Assembly (NCBI GenBank): GCA_964016885.1
Contig: OZ024743.1
Coordinates: 255,068,001-255,132,000, forward strand
DNA length: 64,000 nucleotides
DNA from: Eledone cirrhosa
Lineage: Eukaryota
Direction: 5' to 3'
Under the pieces are notes generated by a model. That model had not been told where the DNA came from and ran no database searches. It worked only from the letters and a program-made list of their open reading frames with translations. The position numbers and the translations under genes are program-made. Below are positions 25,220-39,710 of this stretch, one piece after another; the stretch's first letter is position 1, and every line of letters starts with the position of its first letter.

Positions 25220-25445
25220 AAGGTTAGTGGATTGGTGATATTGGTAGAGTGTCAGACATCTATTTCGGCATGTACTTATGTATGTCTCTTTACATTATGA
25301 GTTCAAATACTGCTGAGGTTAGCTTTGCCTTTCATCCCTATGGGGTCAATAAAATAAAGTACCAGGAATATACTGGTGTTGATTTAATAGACTTTCCCCT
25401 CCTCTCAGAAATGTTTGCCTTGTCCCTATATCAGAAACCATTATT
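25220..25445 (+). mobile_element. SINE with Nin/Deu-like central domain; related copies at ~24500-24650(-), 33630-33812(+), 41020-41150(-), 43895-44110(+)
   Basis: GAGTTCAAAT B-box-like, then GCCTTTCATCC..GGGGTC.ATAAAATA..TACCAG; TTA-rich ends. Confidence 0.7.
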
Positions 25446-25464
25446 ATCCTTATTACTATTATTT

Positions 25465-25504
<40 letters not shown>

Positions 25505-25552
25505 GAGGAGGAGGAGGAGGAGGAGGAGGAGGAGGAGGAGAAGAAGTAGTAA
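25465..25552. repeat. Compound (GTA)n(GGA)n microsatellite
   Basis: Direct reading. Confidence 0.95.
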
Positions 25553-26778
25553 TGGTTTCCTGTGATATTTCTCCTGCACCCACCAAACCAACACCACAAA
25601 CAACAAGCCCACTACCAACACCAACACTAAAACAAAAACAACAATCCCATGACAACTATCATCGCCATCACCACCAAGACTACAACAAGAACAACCCCAC
25701 CACAACTATCATCACCAAATAAGCATCCGTCTTCTTGATCAATTGATTATTGATTGTATTGCATTGAAGATTTCACAGAGAAAAACAAGGAGTTACTGAT
25801 GGCAATCACATGGAATGGTAGATTTTGTATTGTTGTTTGTTATGGGAAACAATGTAGTCTATTCCAATGTTTAAATACCAAAAGTATAATAAAGATCTCT
25901 GTTTGGTTTTGGAACTTTATATAAATACACATACACTAACACACACACACATACATACATACACACACATATACAAACATCATCATCACCATCTTTATCA
26001 ACATTATATGATGTCCATTTTCCTTACTAGTATGGGTTGGACACATGCACTCACACACGTGCACATACACACACACACACAAACATATATATATATATAT
26101 TTATATGCATCTATGTATATTTATATTTGTGTGTGTATATATGTTTGTATATGTGTATATATGTATTTATGTATAATATATATATATGTATGTATATAAA
26201 GTCCAACCCATACTAGTAAGGAACATGGACAATAGATGATGTTGATAATGATAGTGATGATGATGATGATGTGTGTGTATGTTTATTATATATATGAATA
26301 TATCTCATTGCATTCATCATATATACAGTGTTTTGTATGTATGGAGAAATTGTAGTGAATATTTTAAAGTGATTATCCTGATTTTATCTGTTGCTGGTAA
26401 TCTTTGAGATAAATATATGTGAAGGAATGGAATGGAAACAGAGGAAATGCTTCTGGAATAAACATGAAGAGCAGTGGAAAATATTTTCATGCGGTGGGGT
26501 GGAGTCATTTTAAGTAGGTAGGGGATATTGGGATATTTAGTTGTGAAAGAGAGAAAGAGGAAGAAAATCATGCTTAGAGAAAACAAGGCCTTCATGCTAC
26601 ATTTTAATACTTCTAGTTATGTATTGTGTGTAAAGTGTAAACATATTGGGACTGGCAGAGAGATATTTATTAGATGTTATATTAGAGCCACATATGTGTG
26701 TATGTGTATATGTGTGTATGTACATGTGTATGTTTGTATGTATGTATGTATGTATGTATCTATGTAGATACATATATA

Positions 26779-26856
<78 letters not shown>

Positions 26857-27071
26857 CCTCATAATGTATATTTATATATATGCTGCTTTTCACAGCATAC
26901 CATGAACTGCCTTAGGAAAATCATTCTTGCAGGATATTGTGAATGTTTACATTGGGGTCCTGATTCTTCATTATCATTGCTTTCTGCATTTCCAGTGATA
27001 TTTACTAAAACATATATCTATCTATCTATCCCCACCTCTCTCTCTTCCTATATATATATATATATATATAT

Positions 27072-27510
27072 GGCGCATGGCTTAGTGGTTAGAGTATTGG
27101 GCTTGCAATCGAAAGGGTGTGAGTTCAATTGTCGGACCGGGTGATGTGTTGTTTCCTTGAGCAAGACACTTTATTTCACATTGCTCCAGTTTACTCAGCT
27201 GTAGAAATGAGATGATAGGGACTGGGGTCCCTATCATTCCACTGCAAGTGGTCGTGGAGGTGCCACGGCAAAAAAGCACCCAGCCCACACTGTAAATTGG
27301 ATGTGTAGGCACCACGGAAAAAAGCACCCAGCACTCACTGTAAATGAGGTTGGTGTTAGGAAGGGCATCCAGCTGTAGAAATCAAGCCAGAATCAGTTCC
27401 CATATGAACAAGACAAGGTCAGATGACTGGACACTGTCCACAACAGGACAAGCCACCTAACCCATGCTAGCGTGGAAGAATGGATGTAAAACGGTGATCA
27501 TGATGATGAT
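27072..27510 (+). mobile_element. tRNA-derived CORE-type SINE with RTE-like 3' tail ending in (GAT)n
   Basis: A-box TGGCTTAGTGG, B-box GAGTTCAATT, core CCTTGAGCAAGACACTT, tail AAGGGCATCCAGC..CCCATGCTAGCGTGGA..GATGATGA. Confidence 0.8.
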
Positions 27511-27614
27511 ATATATATGTGTGTGTTTGTGTGTGTATGAATATGTTACGTATGTATATATATATATATGTTTGTATATATATATATATATGTATGCAAT
27601 ATATATATATATAT

Positions 27615-27720
27615 AAGAAAAAAGTCAGGACCCCAGTGGGTGAGCTCCGACCATCTCGACAGCTAGATCTAGCTGTCGAAATGGCTAGAGCTCAGCCATC
27701 GGGGTCCTGACTCTTTTCCT
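27615..27720. repeat. Zero-spacer fold-back palindrome (~50 bp arms)
   Basis: AGTCAGGACCCC..TGAGCTC..TCGACAGCTAGA|TCTAGCTGTCGA..GAGCTCA..GGGGTCCTGACT. Confidence 0.9.
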
Positions 27721-27822
27721 ATTACCCATACTACTACCCTAAGTTTCAAGTACTCTGGTGCAGTATGGTCGACCTCATTTCTTACCAGACTTTCTTTGTT
27801 ATGTATTTATATATATATATAC

Positions 27823-27942
27823 ATATTTATTAAAATAACAGATTAAAGTTTAAGCAAAGAATCGCTGCTTTCACCCTTAATGGGATCTTCTGAAACTCAG
27901 TGATTCTTTGCTTAAATTTTAATCTGTTATTTTAATAAATAT
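27823..27942. repeat. Inverted repeat (~44 bp arms, ~31 nt spacer)
   Basis: ATATTTATTAAAATAACAGATTAAA.TTTAAGCAAAGAATC versus its reverse complement. Confidence 0.9.
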
Positions 27943-28074
27943 TTGCACTACGGTTCTTATATATTTGATATATATTTATCCTTATCGAGCCCTCTTTGGA
28001 TTTTAGTCTTCAAATTTATTATTATTACTATATATATACATATATATATATAGATATGTTTTCATATATATATG

Positions 28075-28685
28075 TTTGTGTGACTCCACCCGGCTCTCAT
28101 CCTTGTTCCCGTTCCTGCTGCAACACTTGTCCCTTCATTTCCACCCACACCACTCATACAGGCCCTAACAGATCTTTCCGTATCTGCCACTCGTTCACCT
28201 GCACATCCACCCATTTTGCCTATGCTCTCCAGTGTTCTCTTTGCGGGTCTTTATATATCGGACAAACGAGACGCCGTATGGCGGATCGTTTTGTCAAGCA
28301 TTTGATGAACATACGACCCCGTTTCGATACTCCTGTCACCCATCATTTTTGTTCTCCTGGTCATTCCTCCCTAAATGTTTCAGTCCTGGGTGTCCTTTTA
28401 CATCATGGATCACAGGCCTAGCGCACCAGGACTGAACAAAGTCTGATTCACCGCCTTGGGTCCAATTCCCCTCTTGGACTCAACTCACCTCCCCAATTTC
28501 TCTAATACCCCATCCATTATCACACCCCTAGATTTCTATTGCCTTCTCTTGATCATTAACATCTTCTCTTACAACTAATACAGGCCGACTATATATGCTC
28601 ACTCCACTTTTCACTTCACTGCTCTGTATACACACATACACACCCTTATATTAACATACTTTTGCTCATAGTTTCATACTTACAT

Positions 28686-28720
<35 letters not shown>

Positions 28721-29060
28721 CTTACGCACGTGCACAAGTATAGCTCGTTTTACAAAACGTTTTTTTTTTTATTTCAGTCATGCTCCATCATCCATTTTTC
28801 TAAAAAATAAATCATACACAAAACGCCAGCACCAACAGTTTTGCAAGAGATGTCAAAATGAATGGACCTGTTATTTTTATCTAGAGACATTTTTTCCAAT
28901 TCCAACCCACCCATCCCCTCAATCTATCTTATTTCTCATTCTTTCTTCTGATGAAGGAGTAGTGTCCAAAACATTAAGAACCTCTTCCTGCTATATCAAG
29001 CGTTAACCTAATATATCCCTTCCATATACTGTACTGATTGTGTTGTTATTTCTGTTTACA
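28075..29060 (+). mobile_element. Penelope-like 3' fragment: GIY-YIG plus pLTR
   Basis: C..CCNTC, FTCTS..YALQCSLCGSLYIGQTRRRMADRFVKH; hammerhead downstream. Confidence 0.8.
28943..28980 (+). ncRNA. Degenerate minimal type I hammerhead
   Basis: TTCTT-CTGATGA-AGGA-GTAGTG-TCC-AAAAC-ATT-AAGAA (G12A). Confidence 0.6.
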
Positions 29061-29124
29061 ATTTACATACATGTATATATATATATGTATATATATATAT
29101 GTATACATGTATATAATTATATGT

Positions 29125-29675
29125 AGCAGCTGCACCGGGACAGCAAGCAGCAAACGGCCACAGGAAACAAGCACCACCAAACTCTGGGAGGGCTCTGTAG
29201 AAACAGTAGACAGCTTCTGCTACCTAGGTGACCGAATTAGCAGCAGAGGCGGGTGATCGGAAAGTACAATAACTAGGGTAAGAATGGGATGGAAGAAGTT
29301 CAGGGAGCTACTGCCACTGCTAACTATAAAAGCTTTTCCCTCAAAATGAAAGGCAGACTGTATGATGCATATATATGAACATCAATGTTACATGGTAGTG
29401 AGACCTGGGCGCTGTCTGTAGAAGACTTGCACAGATTAGAAAGAAAGGAAGCTTGCATGCTCCGATGGATGTGTAATAGTAATATATGTGAACGACAAAG
29501 CATAAACGAATTGAGAGAGAGAGACTGTGCATAAGAGGAATCAAATGCTGTGTGCAGGAGAGGAGGTTGCGTTGGCATGGACATGTGATGCGTATGAAGG
29601 ATGACAGCTGCATAAAAAGGTGCAGAGCACTAGAGGTCGATGGAAGCCGCGGAGTGGGGAGACCCAAGAAGACAC
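29125..29675 (+). pseudogene. RTE-clade LINE 3' RT fragment
   Basis: VDSFCYLGDRIS..RVRMGWKKFRELLPLL..KGRLY..MLHGSETWAL..LRWHGHVMR. Confidence 0.85.
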
Positions 29676-29679
29676 AACA

Positions 29680-32600
29680 AGAAACTAATGACTTACATAA
29701 TTAAACACACAGACATTTCACAGCACGACTACATAATACCAGCACCAATAAAAAAAACCAACGAACATAAGACTGGTAAGAATATCACAGAAACAATGCA
29801 CAAACATTAAAATGAAATTCCCCAATGCAGTTGGTGATTTCAGAGACCTAGGAGGGACACTCAACCCAACCGGAGAGTATACTCACAGAAGAGCCTACGA
29901 CCAGCGGAAGGGACGATTCAACGGTCCCTTCACCAGACGATCAAGGTAAGTGATCCTTTCTCACTTGCCCCGTTCCTCACCCAACATGACCGTATTCAGG
30001 ATCGGAATTGTAAACGTGCATGGCTTGAGCTCAGTTTGGAAGCAGGGTCATTTGCTTAACGACCTCAGATCACTAAACATAGATGTGGTGGCCATCAGCG
30101 AGACGAGAATCTCCGAAACGCAAGCTTTCGCACCGATCTTCGACGGTTACAAGGAGTACGCATCTCCGAGCCGTCCGGGAGAGGGGGGCGGAATGGCTGT
30201 GTTGTTTCGGAAAAGCTTGGGTCACGCCTTACGGACCATCTTCCTGGACCCAGAGAGTAAGTCCGTGGTGCTGGACGTAAGCGCCCCCGAAGGCAACGCT
30301 TTCAGGCTAGTAGCCGTCTATGCCCCGACAGGGACAGGCCGGCCAGATTTCTTCAGACGTCTAGAGTCCTTTCTTGGAATAGCCCGCTCTTTAGTGTTAG
30401 CGCACGCTGGAATTGTATGGGGCTAGTGGATAGGTATCGACTGGATCACCCGAATGTGCCAATGTGGACATGGACAAACCGCATCGTCTCATCCAGATCG
30501 TATCTCGATAGGGTATTCTGCAGAGTCGTCCACAATAGGGTATTCTGCAGAGTCGTCCACAATTTAAAATAGTCGACTGCACAGACCACAAATTTGTGAT
30601 CTGTGATATCGACATAGACAGACTTCATAGACAAGGACCCGGTTACTGGGAGCTACACCCGTCTTTCCCTGCGCGCAAAGCCTACATAGACCAGATTAGC
30701 GTATTAGTTAAGCGGGCGTTGACGGGAGCGGTTGTCAACAACAGGTGGTGGTTCACCCTGAAAAGAGCTATTAAAGTAGAGTCGATTAGGTTTAGCAAAG
30801 GACTAGTGATAGAGGAAAATAGAGTAGAGGGAGAGCTAGTCAGAAAGCTAGAAGAGACGTTTAAGACAGGAATCGCAACCGACGTGCTTGCGGTGAGATT
30901 GGCACTCGACCAATTCTTCAACGCAAAACACGAAGGCTGCATTGTCAGAGCTAGAGCGCGTGCTCTGAAACACAAGGGGACAAAAGCCGTCCAATGGGCC
31001 CGGCTGGCAGAGGCGCGACGTGTAAACAAAGCCACAATTCAGTCTTTGTCTGACCAAAACGGGTGCGTGTTGCTCGAACCCGAGCAGATGTGTGAAGCTT
31101 TTCAGCAGCACTTTGCTGAACTGTTCGGGAGCAGCGGCGGGCCGGACGTGGCATGGACTTTAGTGCATACCTCGACGGACCGCCTCGGCTCTCGACGACC
31201 GCAGCACAGTGTTGCGAAAAGTCAATAACAGCCAGTGAAATACGGGAAGCGATGGCTAACTGCACGAGGGGTAAATCGCCAGATTTGGATGGTCTGCCCT
31301 ACGAGCTTTATGCATTTATGCTGACTTGTTCGGTGACCTCTTTGCAGACGTCTACTGCAACTGGCAGCAGAACGGGTGCATTCCCAGTTTTGTGAGACGA
31401 GGAGCGGGCGCTGCTGAGAAAATACCCGAATATGGGGGATGTTATCGATAATTTCAGGCCCATAACCCTGCTAAACGCAGAGTTCAAGATTTTGGTCAAG
31501 GTGTTAGCAACGAGGTTGGTGCTTGTCGTCAAAGGTCTGGTGGGAGAGATGCAGACATGCACCATTCAGGACAAATCCATACACGACAACCTCCAACTCA
31601 TGCAATACATCATAGAGAGGGTGGTTAAGGAACCTGGCATGGATGGGGCCTTGATCAACTTGGATCAATCCAAAGCATTCGATAGGGTCGACCATCGGTA
31701 CCTGGCGGCGGTCCTCGAGGCAGCCGGTTTCGGGCCCGTTTTCAGGGGTTGGATCGCTGCGATGTACAGCGACATCTACACAGTTGTGAGAGTGAATGGT
31801 CTCCTGTCGCAGCCGTTCAGCATCATGCGCTCGGTCCGCCAGGGTTGTCCCCCCTCGTCCCTCTTGTACGTATTGGCTCTCGAACCGTTACTGCACAAAC
31901 TGGGGGCGATGAGGGGCGTCCCACGCGAACTAGGATGCGGGAAATCCGAGTCCGCTTATGTCGACGACGTCACCGTGGTGGTGTCGAGCACCAGACACGT
32001 CCAGATGCTCGGCACCGCTCTCAAGGAATACGAAGCGGTGACAGGAGCAAAGATAAACCAGGAAAAGTCGGTGGGCTTGCAGCTCGGAACCTGGAGACGC
32101 AAGTCCATGTCGTCCGACAGCGTCGTGGGGCGTTGGACGGACGGACCGGTTAAATTGCTCGGGGTCTGGTTCGGACCGGACCTCCAGATGGATGAAAACT
32201 GGAACGAGGTGACGAGCAAGGTGGCCTCCCTCACCCAGAAATGGGCCGAGAGGAAGCTGTGCCTGAAAGGCCGGGCGGAGGTGGCGAATGCGTACATCGC
32301 ATCCGTCATCTGCTACCGCCTCACCGTCGTCCCTTGCCCCGGCCCAACTCTCACCAAAATGGAGCGCCTCCTGTTCCGCTTTTTGTGGAAGTGACGCGCT
32401 CCCATGGTCAGATGATCCATCTGCTGTCAACACCCGTTGCGTGGAGGACTGGGCAAGCCATGGCTGATAATGCGCAAACATGCACTGAGGCTGCGACATC
32501 TCTGGTGATTCCTTGACGTTGAACAGATGTGGTCGCCGTTCGCCAGGCACGTTTTCCTACAGCTCGTCTCCTTGATGGAGCTGCAGTCCTGGGTCAGAAA

Positions 32601-33627
32601 AAGACCGAGGGATAGCCCTTGGAAACTGGAATGTCTCCAGGCGCTCACTGCTCTCTGCCAGCTGGGCACCAGTATCAGTGGGACATCCACCTCGGCGTTC
32701 TATAGAGGACTAGTGGAGGGGAAGAGCGACGACGTTCTCGGAGAGATCTTGGGCGTCGAAGAAGATCAGCTGTTTACTCTCTTCCTGAGAACTTTCAGCC
32801 CAGGGCCTATGGATACCGTCCAAAAATGCTACCGGGGAGTGCTGCCGGTTTCAGATAAGCTCTACAGGCACGGAAGTGCCGTCAGCCGAGCCTGCCCAAG
32901 ATGTGCGCAGAACGACGAAACCGTCGTGCATGCACTCGTTCAGTGCCCGAGCCTTTACTGACTTGTGGAGCTATGTCGAACAGTTGCTGTCGCGTGTAGG
33001 ACTGATCCGGCTATCGACTGAGTCCATCCCATTGTGCAGATGGTCTTGCCGTCTTCCTTCGAGGAGGAATGGCAGGCGGTTTTCATCTGCCTGGTGGCCA
33101 TGGCGAAAGAAATTGTGTGGTGGACAAGGTCGAAAGGGTTAAAGCCAGACACTTTCATCTTCGGCGAATCCCTAACTAACTTTTTCAAGTTTCACTTGAA
33201 GAGGAAAATCAGGGTGAAGAGGCAAGTGCTGCCTTCTAGCAAATTTGTTGAAAGGTGGGTGAATGTAGCGAGAATGGTCCGAGTGAACGGGTCTGCTCTG
33301 AATATACGTCTGTAGTTTGAGAGATGGAAAAATTGAAAGAGGGCGCTTGCCCTGGTGGTCAGGGTGGCCGTGGTCTTTTGAGTGGTTTTCGTCACGAGTA
33401 ACCCTCGGAGGTCCCCCCCCCCCATTGGGGAATTTTTCATTGTTTCAATTTTCATTTTTATTGTTTATATATATATGTTTCTGTCTTTTTTTTCTTTTCT
33501 TATATAGATAATAAAAATATTTACACGCATAAAACCCACATCGTACCGTCCTGTGGCGTCTGTAATGTTTTTCTTGATGTTACCCTTGTGGCCAATAAAG
33601 AAATCATTATTATTATTAGTATTATTA
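29680..33627 (+). mobile_element. Tx1/L1 LINE copy 2 (distinct subfamily, 5'-truncated; ORF2 ~29986-33315 disrupted)
   Basis: APE and RT motifs (YVDD), CPRC..ETVVHALVQC, AATAAAGAAATC(ATT)n tail; 27-bp tandem duplication at ~30509-30562. Confidence 0.92.
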
Positions 33628-33839
33628 ATTGGCAGTATCGGTAGAGGGTCGGACATGACATGCTTTCCACCATAGTTATGTCCCTTTACGATCTGAGTTC
33701 AAATCCTGCCGAGGTTAACTTTGCCTTTCATCCTTACGGGGTCGATAAAATAAATTACCAGTAATGTACTGGAATAATTGCTGGCCTTGTGCCAAAAGTA
33801 GAAACAATTATTATACCACCCACAAAACCAATAGAAAGC

Positions 33840-36800
33840 ATACCCCTTCCTGATATAGCCAAATCGGACAAGGGTGTGGTGAGGCCGAAGAGTGGGGAAC
33901 TATTCCAACAAAAAAAGGAGAACTCCCTACCCTCACCCCCACCCCCACCCTCCCAAAAAAGAGAAAGAAAGGACCTTAAAAAAAAGATAATGAAAACTAC
34001 CCCACATCCTCCACCACCATCAACAGCCACACACCCCACAACTACATACACCATCACCACCACCACCACCAACACCACCGCCACCACAACCGCCACCACC
34101 ACCACCACCACCACCACCACCATCCTTACCATCTACCCCATCGTCACCTCCAACAACACGACAGCAAACACAGAAAACACCAACACCCAAACAGCAGACA
34201 CAATACACAGCCATAGACACAGACAACACAAAGCTTTTAAATTCCATTCAACACCACACCAACATCACAGACAAACTACGTACAAACCACCAAAATTGCA
34301 CATCCCACACACATAAAAATAATAGAAATTACAAAAAAAATTAGATAACACTTAAAAAAATGTTCCCCACATCAATTGGAGACTACCGAGGGAACATCAC
34401 CAAAAGAATATTCACGGATATTCTCGTCGAGAAACCCACCAATGGTCGAAGGGATGGATCACCACCCCCTTCCTAAAGAAGAGCCACAGGTAATTTTTTG
34501 TACCTCTCACCTCTCACTTGTTTTCCTCCTATCCTAGCCAATAAGGCTACTCTCAGAATAGGTAGCATACATGTACGTGACCTGGGGTCATCTTGGAAGC
34601 AGGGGCACCTGGTGAACGAACTCAGGTCGCTAAACATAGATGTGGTGGGCATCAGCGAGACCAGAATCTCCGAGGCACGAGCCTTCGCACCGATCTTCGC
34701 CGACTATGATGTGTACGCATCTCCCAGCCGTCCTGGATCGGGGGGAGGAGTTGCTGTGCTTTTTCAGAGAGGTTTGGATCTCGCCATACGGGCCATCTTC
34801 CTGGACCCAGAAGGTAAGTTGGTGGTGGTGGACGTGACCAGCGGAGACGGGCAAGCTTTCAGGCTAGTGGCCGTCTATGCCCCGACAGGAGCAGGGTGGC
34901 CTGATTTCTTCCAGCGTCTGGAGACCTTTCTTGGAACGTCCCGTTCTTTAGTGTTAGTGGGCGACAGGAACGGGATCTTAGATGCACGCTGGGATTGTGT
35001 GGGATTAGCGTATAGGGGAGGAGGGTGCAAGAGCCTCACCAACCTGCTCAGGCGTTTAGAACTGTCTGACAGGTACCGATTGGATTTCCCGAATGTGCCA
35101 ATGTGGACTTGGACAAACCGTATCGGGTCATCCAAATCATATCTAGATAGAGTATTTTGTAGGGAAATAGATAGGTCTAGCATAGACTGTCCACAATTCA
35201 AGATAGTCAGCTACACGGACCACAAATTCCTGATATGTGTGGTTGATTAAATAGGCTTCATAGACAAGGACCCGGCTACTGGAAGCTAAACGCGTCATTA
35301 CCAGCGCGCAAGCCCTACAGAGACCGGATTAGCGAACTAGTTAAGCGGGCGTTGACGGGGGCCATTGTCAACAACAAGTGGTGGTTAGTAAGGCTTTAGC
35401 AATAGAGAAAAATAGAGCAGAGGGAGAACCAGTTAGAAAATTAGACGAGGCACTTAGCAAATGTATCGGGACCGACGTACTTCTGGCGAAATTGGCCCTT
35501 CACCAATTCTTCAATGCAAAGCACGAAGGCTGCGTTGTCAGAGCTAGGGTGCGCGCTCTCAGACACGAGGGGATGAAAGCCGTTCAATGGGCCCGATTGG
35601 CGGAGGCGCGCCGAGGCAACAAAGCCAGATCCAGTCTTTGGTGGACCACAACGGGCGCATGCTACTCGATCCCGGGCAAATGTGTGAAGCTTTTCAGCGA
35701 CACTTCGCTCAGCTGTTCGGGAGCAGCGGCAGGCCGGATCGAGGACTTTAGTGTCTACCTCGACGGACTGCCGCGGCTCTCGGCCAGTGAGGCGGAGTGT
35801 TGCGAAAAGCCGATAAGAGCAGCTGAAGTATGGGAGGCAATAACTGGCTGCACAAGGGGTGGGGTAAATCGCCTGGTTTGGATGGTCTGCCCTATGAACT
35901 TTACGTACAGATGCCAGACTTGTTCGAAGGCCTCATGGCGGACGTCTACTGCAACTGGCAACAGAACGGGAGAATTCCCAGCTCTGTGAGCCGAGGAGCG
36001 GTGGCGCTGCTGAAAAAGGATCCGAACAAGTGGGATAACATAGATTATTTTAGGCCCATAATTCTTCTTAACACAGAGTTCAACATTTTGGCCAGGGTGC
36101 TAGGAAAGAGGGTGGCGCTTGTCGTTGATGGCCTGGTAGGGGAGGCGCAGACATGCGCCATTCCAGACAGATCCATCCACGATAACCTCCACTTCATGCG
36201 ATACATCATGGAGCGAGTAGCTAGGGAAACTGGCACTGGTGGGTCCTGGATCAATTTAGATCAGTCGAAAGCTTTCGATAGGGTCGACCATCGTTATCTA
36301 GCGGCAGTCCTGTGGGCGGCTGGCTTTGGGCCCGTCTTCAGAGGCTAGATCGCTGCCATGCACAGCGACATCTGCTCTGTGGTGAGAGTGAACGGTCACC
36401 TTTCGGAACCGTTCAACATCATGCGCTCGGTCCGCCAAGGATATCCGCTCTCGTTCCTCTTGTATATATTGACTCTCGGGCCATTACTGCACAAACTGGA
36501 GACGTTGAGGAGGGTCCCGCTCGAACTAGGATGCGGGAGATCCGTGTCAGCATATGCGGACGATGTCACCATAGTGGTGTCGAACGCCAAACACACCGAG
36601 GCGATGGGCACTACTCTAAGAGAAAACAAAGTGGTGACAGGAGCAATGATCAACCAGGAAAAGTCGGTGGGCCTGCATCGGGCGCTGGACGGACGGACCG
36701 GTTAAATTGCTAGAGGTCTGGTTCGGTCCGGACCTCCAGACGGACAAAAACTGGGACGAGGTGACGAGCAGGGTGGCTTCTCTCATCCAGAAATGGGCCG

Positions 36801-38164
36801 AGGGGAAGCTATTCCTGAAAGGTCGAGCGGAGGTGGCTAACGCGTACATCGCGGCCGTCATCTATTACCGCCTGACCGTCGTACCTTGTCCTAACGCCGC
36901 CTGACTGCGCTGGAGCGTTTGCTCTTTCGATTTTTGTGGAAGGGACGCGGTCCGATGATCTGGCGGTTCATCTGCTGACAACACCCGCTACGTGGAGGGC
37001 TGGGCATGCCGTGGCTGATGATCCTCAGACACGCGCTCAGGCTATGACATCTCCACCTCTTCCTCGGCGGTGATCAGGTGTGGTCGCCGTTTGCTAGACG
37101 CGTTTTTCCCCAGCTCGTCTCCTTGACGGAGCTGCAGCCCTGGGTCAACCGAAGACCGAGAGGGACCGCTTGGAGACTGGAATGTTTTCAGGCGCTCACA
37201 GCCCTCGACCAATCGGGCTATGTGATCGGTGGAAACTCCACCTTGGCGTTCTATAGAGGATTAGTGGAAGGGAAGAGCGACGACGTACTTGGGGAAACAT
37301 TAGGCGTCGACGAAAATCAACTAGCCAATCTCTTCGGAAGAACTTTCGGGCCGGGGCCTATGGACGACTTCCAGAAATCCCTGGCCTGGCAGTGCTACCG
37401 AGGAGCTTTGCCAGTTCGGGATAAACTCTACAGGCATGGAGTCTGAGATGCGCGCATGGTGACGAAACCGCCCTGCACGCACTCGTCCAGTGTCCGAGCA
37501 TTGCTGATTTGTGGGTTTATGTCGAACACCTGCTGTCGCATGTAGGACGGATCCAGCTATCAGCTGAGTCCATCGTGAGGATTGCCCCGCCCTCTTCCTT
37601 TAGCCGGGAAGGGCAGGCAGATTTTTTTATCTTTCTGGTGGCCATGGCGAAAGAGATAGTATGGTGGACACGTTTGAAAGTGCTGAAGACGTGCACTTAC
37701 CTCTTCGGTGATGCCCTGAATAACTTTTCAAATTTCATTTGAAAAGGAAAATCAGGGTAGAGAGGGAAGTGCTCTCTTCGCAGCATTTTGTTGAAAGATG
37801 GGTGAGAGAGGCAAGAATGGCCCGAGTGAATGGGCCTACTCTGAGTATGTGTCTGTAAATTAAAGGTGGAAAACTGGGAGAGGGCACTTGCCCTGGTGGT
37901 CAGGGTCACCATGGCTTTTTAATGGGCTTTCTCCACGAATGCCCCTCGGAAGTCTCCACCCTATTGGGGAATTCTTTCATTGTTCTATTATTACATCCTT
38001 TTTTTTTTCTTATTTTTACACGCAGAAATGCCCATTTGTACCGTCCTGTATTGTCCTGTACTGTCCTTAATATACACTTTGTGTAAACCCTTGTGGTTAA
38101 TAAAGAAAGCATTATTATTATTAATATTATTATTATTATTATTATTTTATTATTATTATCATTA

Positions 38165-38165
<1 letters not shown>
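33840..38165 (+). mobile_element. Tx1/L1 LINE copy 3 (ORF1 remnant; ORF2 ~34541-37858 disrupted)
   Basis: ORF2 close to copy 1; YADD; AATAAAGAAAGC(ATT)n tail. Confidence 0.92.
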
Positions 38166-39155
<990 letters not shown>

Positions 39156-39678
39156 CACACTCACTAAGGAGGCAACCATTATATATGGAGCTATTTGCTC
39201 GCTTGTGGACTTTTACAAGAAAATTTCTGCATATTCATACAATTTCTTTCAGAGAAGTGCTCTACCGATCTATCTGTATGTGTGTTTTATATATTGATAT
39301 ATAATTTATTCATATACAGGAATAACATGAATTATACATATGAATATTAATTCCTTGGCTTTCATAATGCACGCACATTCATTCACATGTAAAAGGGAGT
39401 TGTATTTACATGCATACATACATATATATATTATTGTCATCACTGTTGTTTTCACATCTATTTTTCCATACAGATATGGGTTGGATGGGGTTTTCAGAGG
39501 TAAAGGTTTATGACCGGATGCCCTTCCTGTCGCCAACCCTTTTAGTACCCTTTTAAGGTATGAATTTATTATGTATGCATATTCTACACACACACACATG
39601 AGCATATACATATACACACTCTCACACATTTATGTCATTATCATTTTACATCCACCTTTCATCGTTGGCATCTGTGTG

Positions 39679-39710
<32 letters not shown>

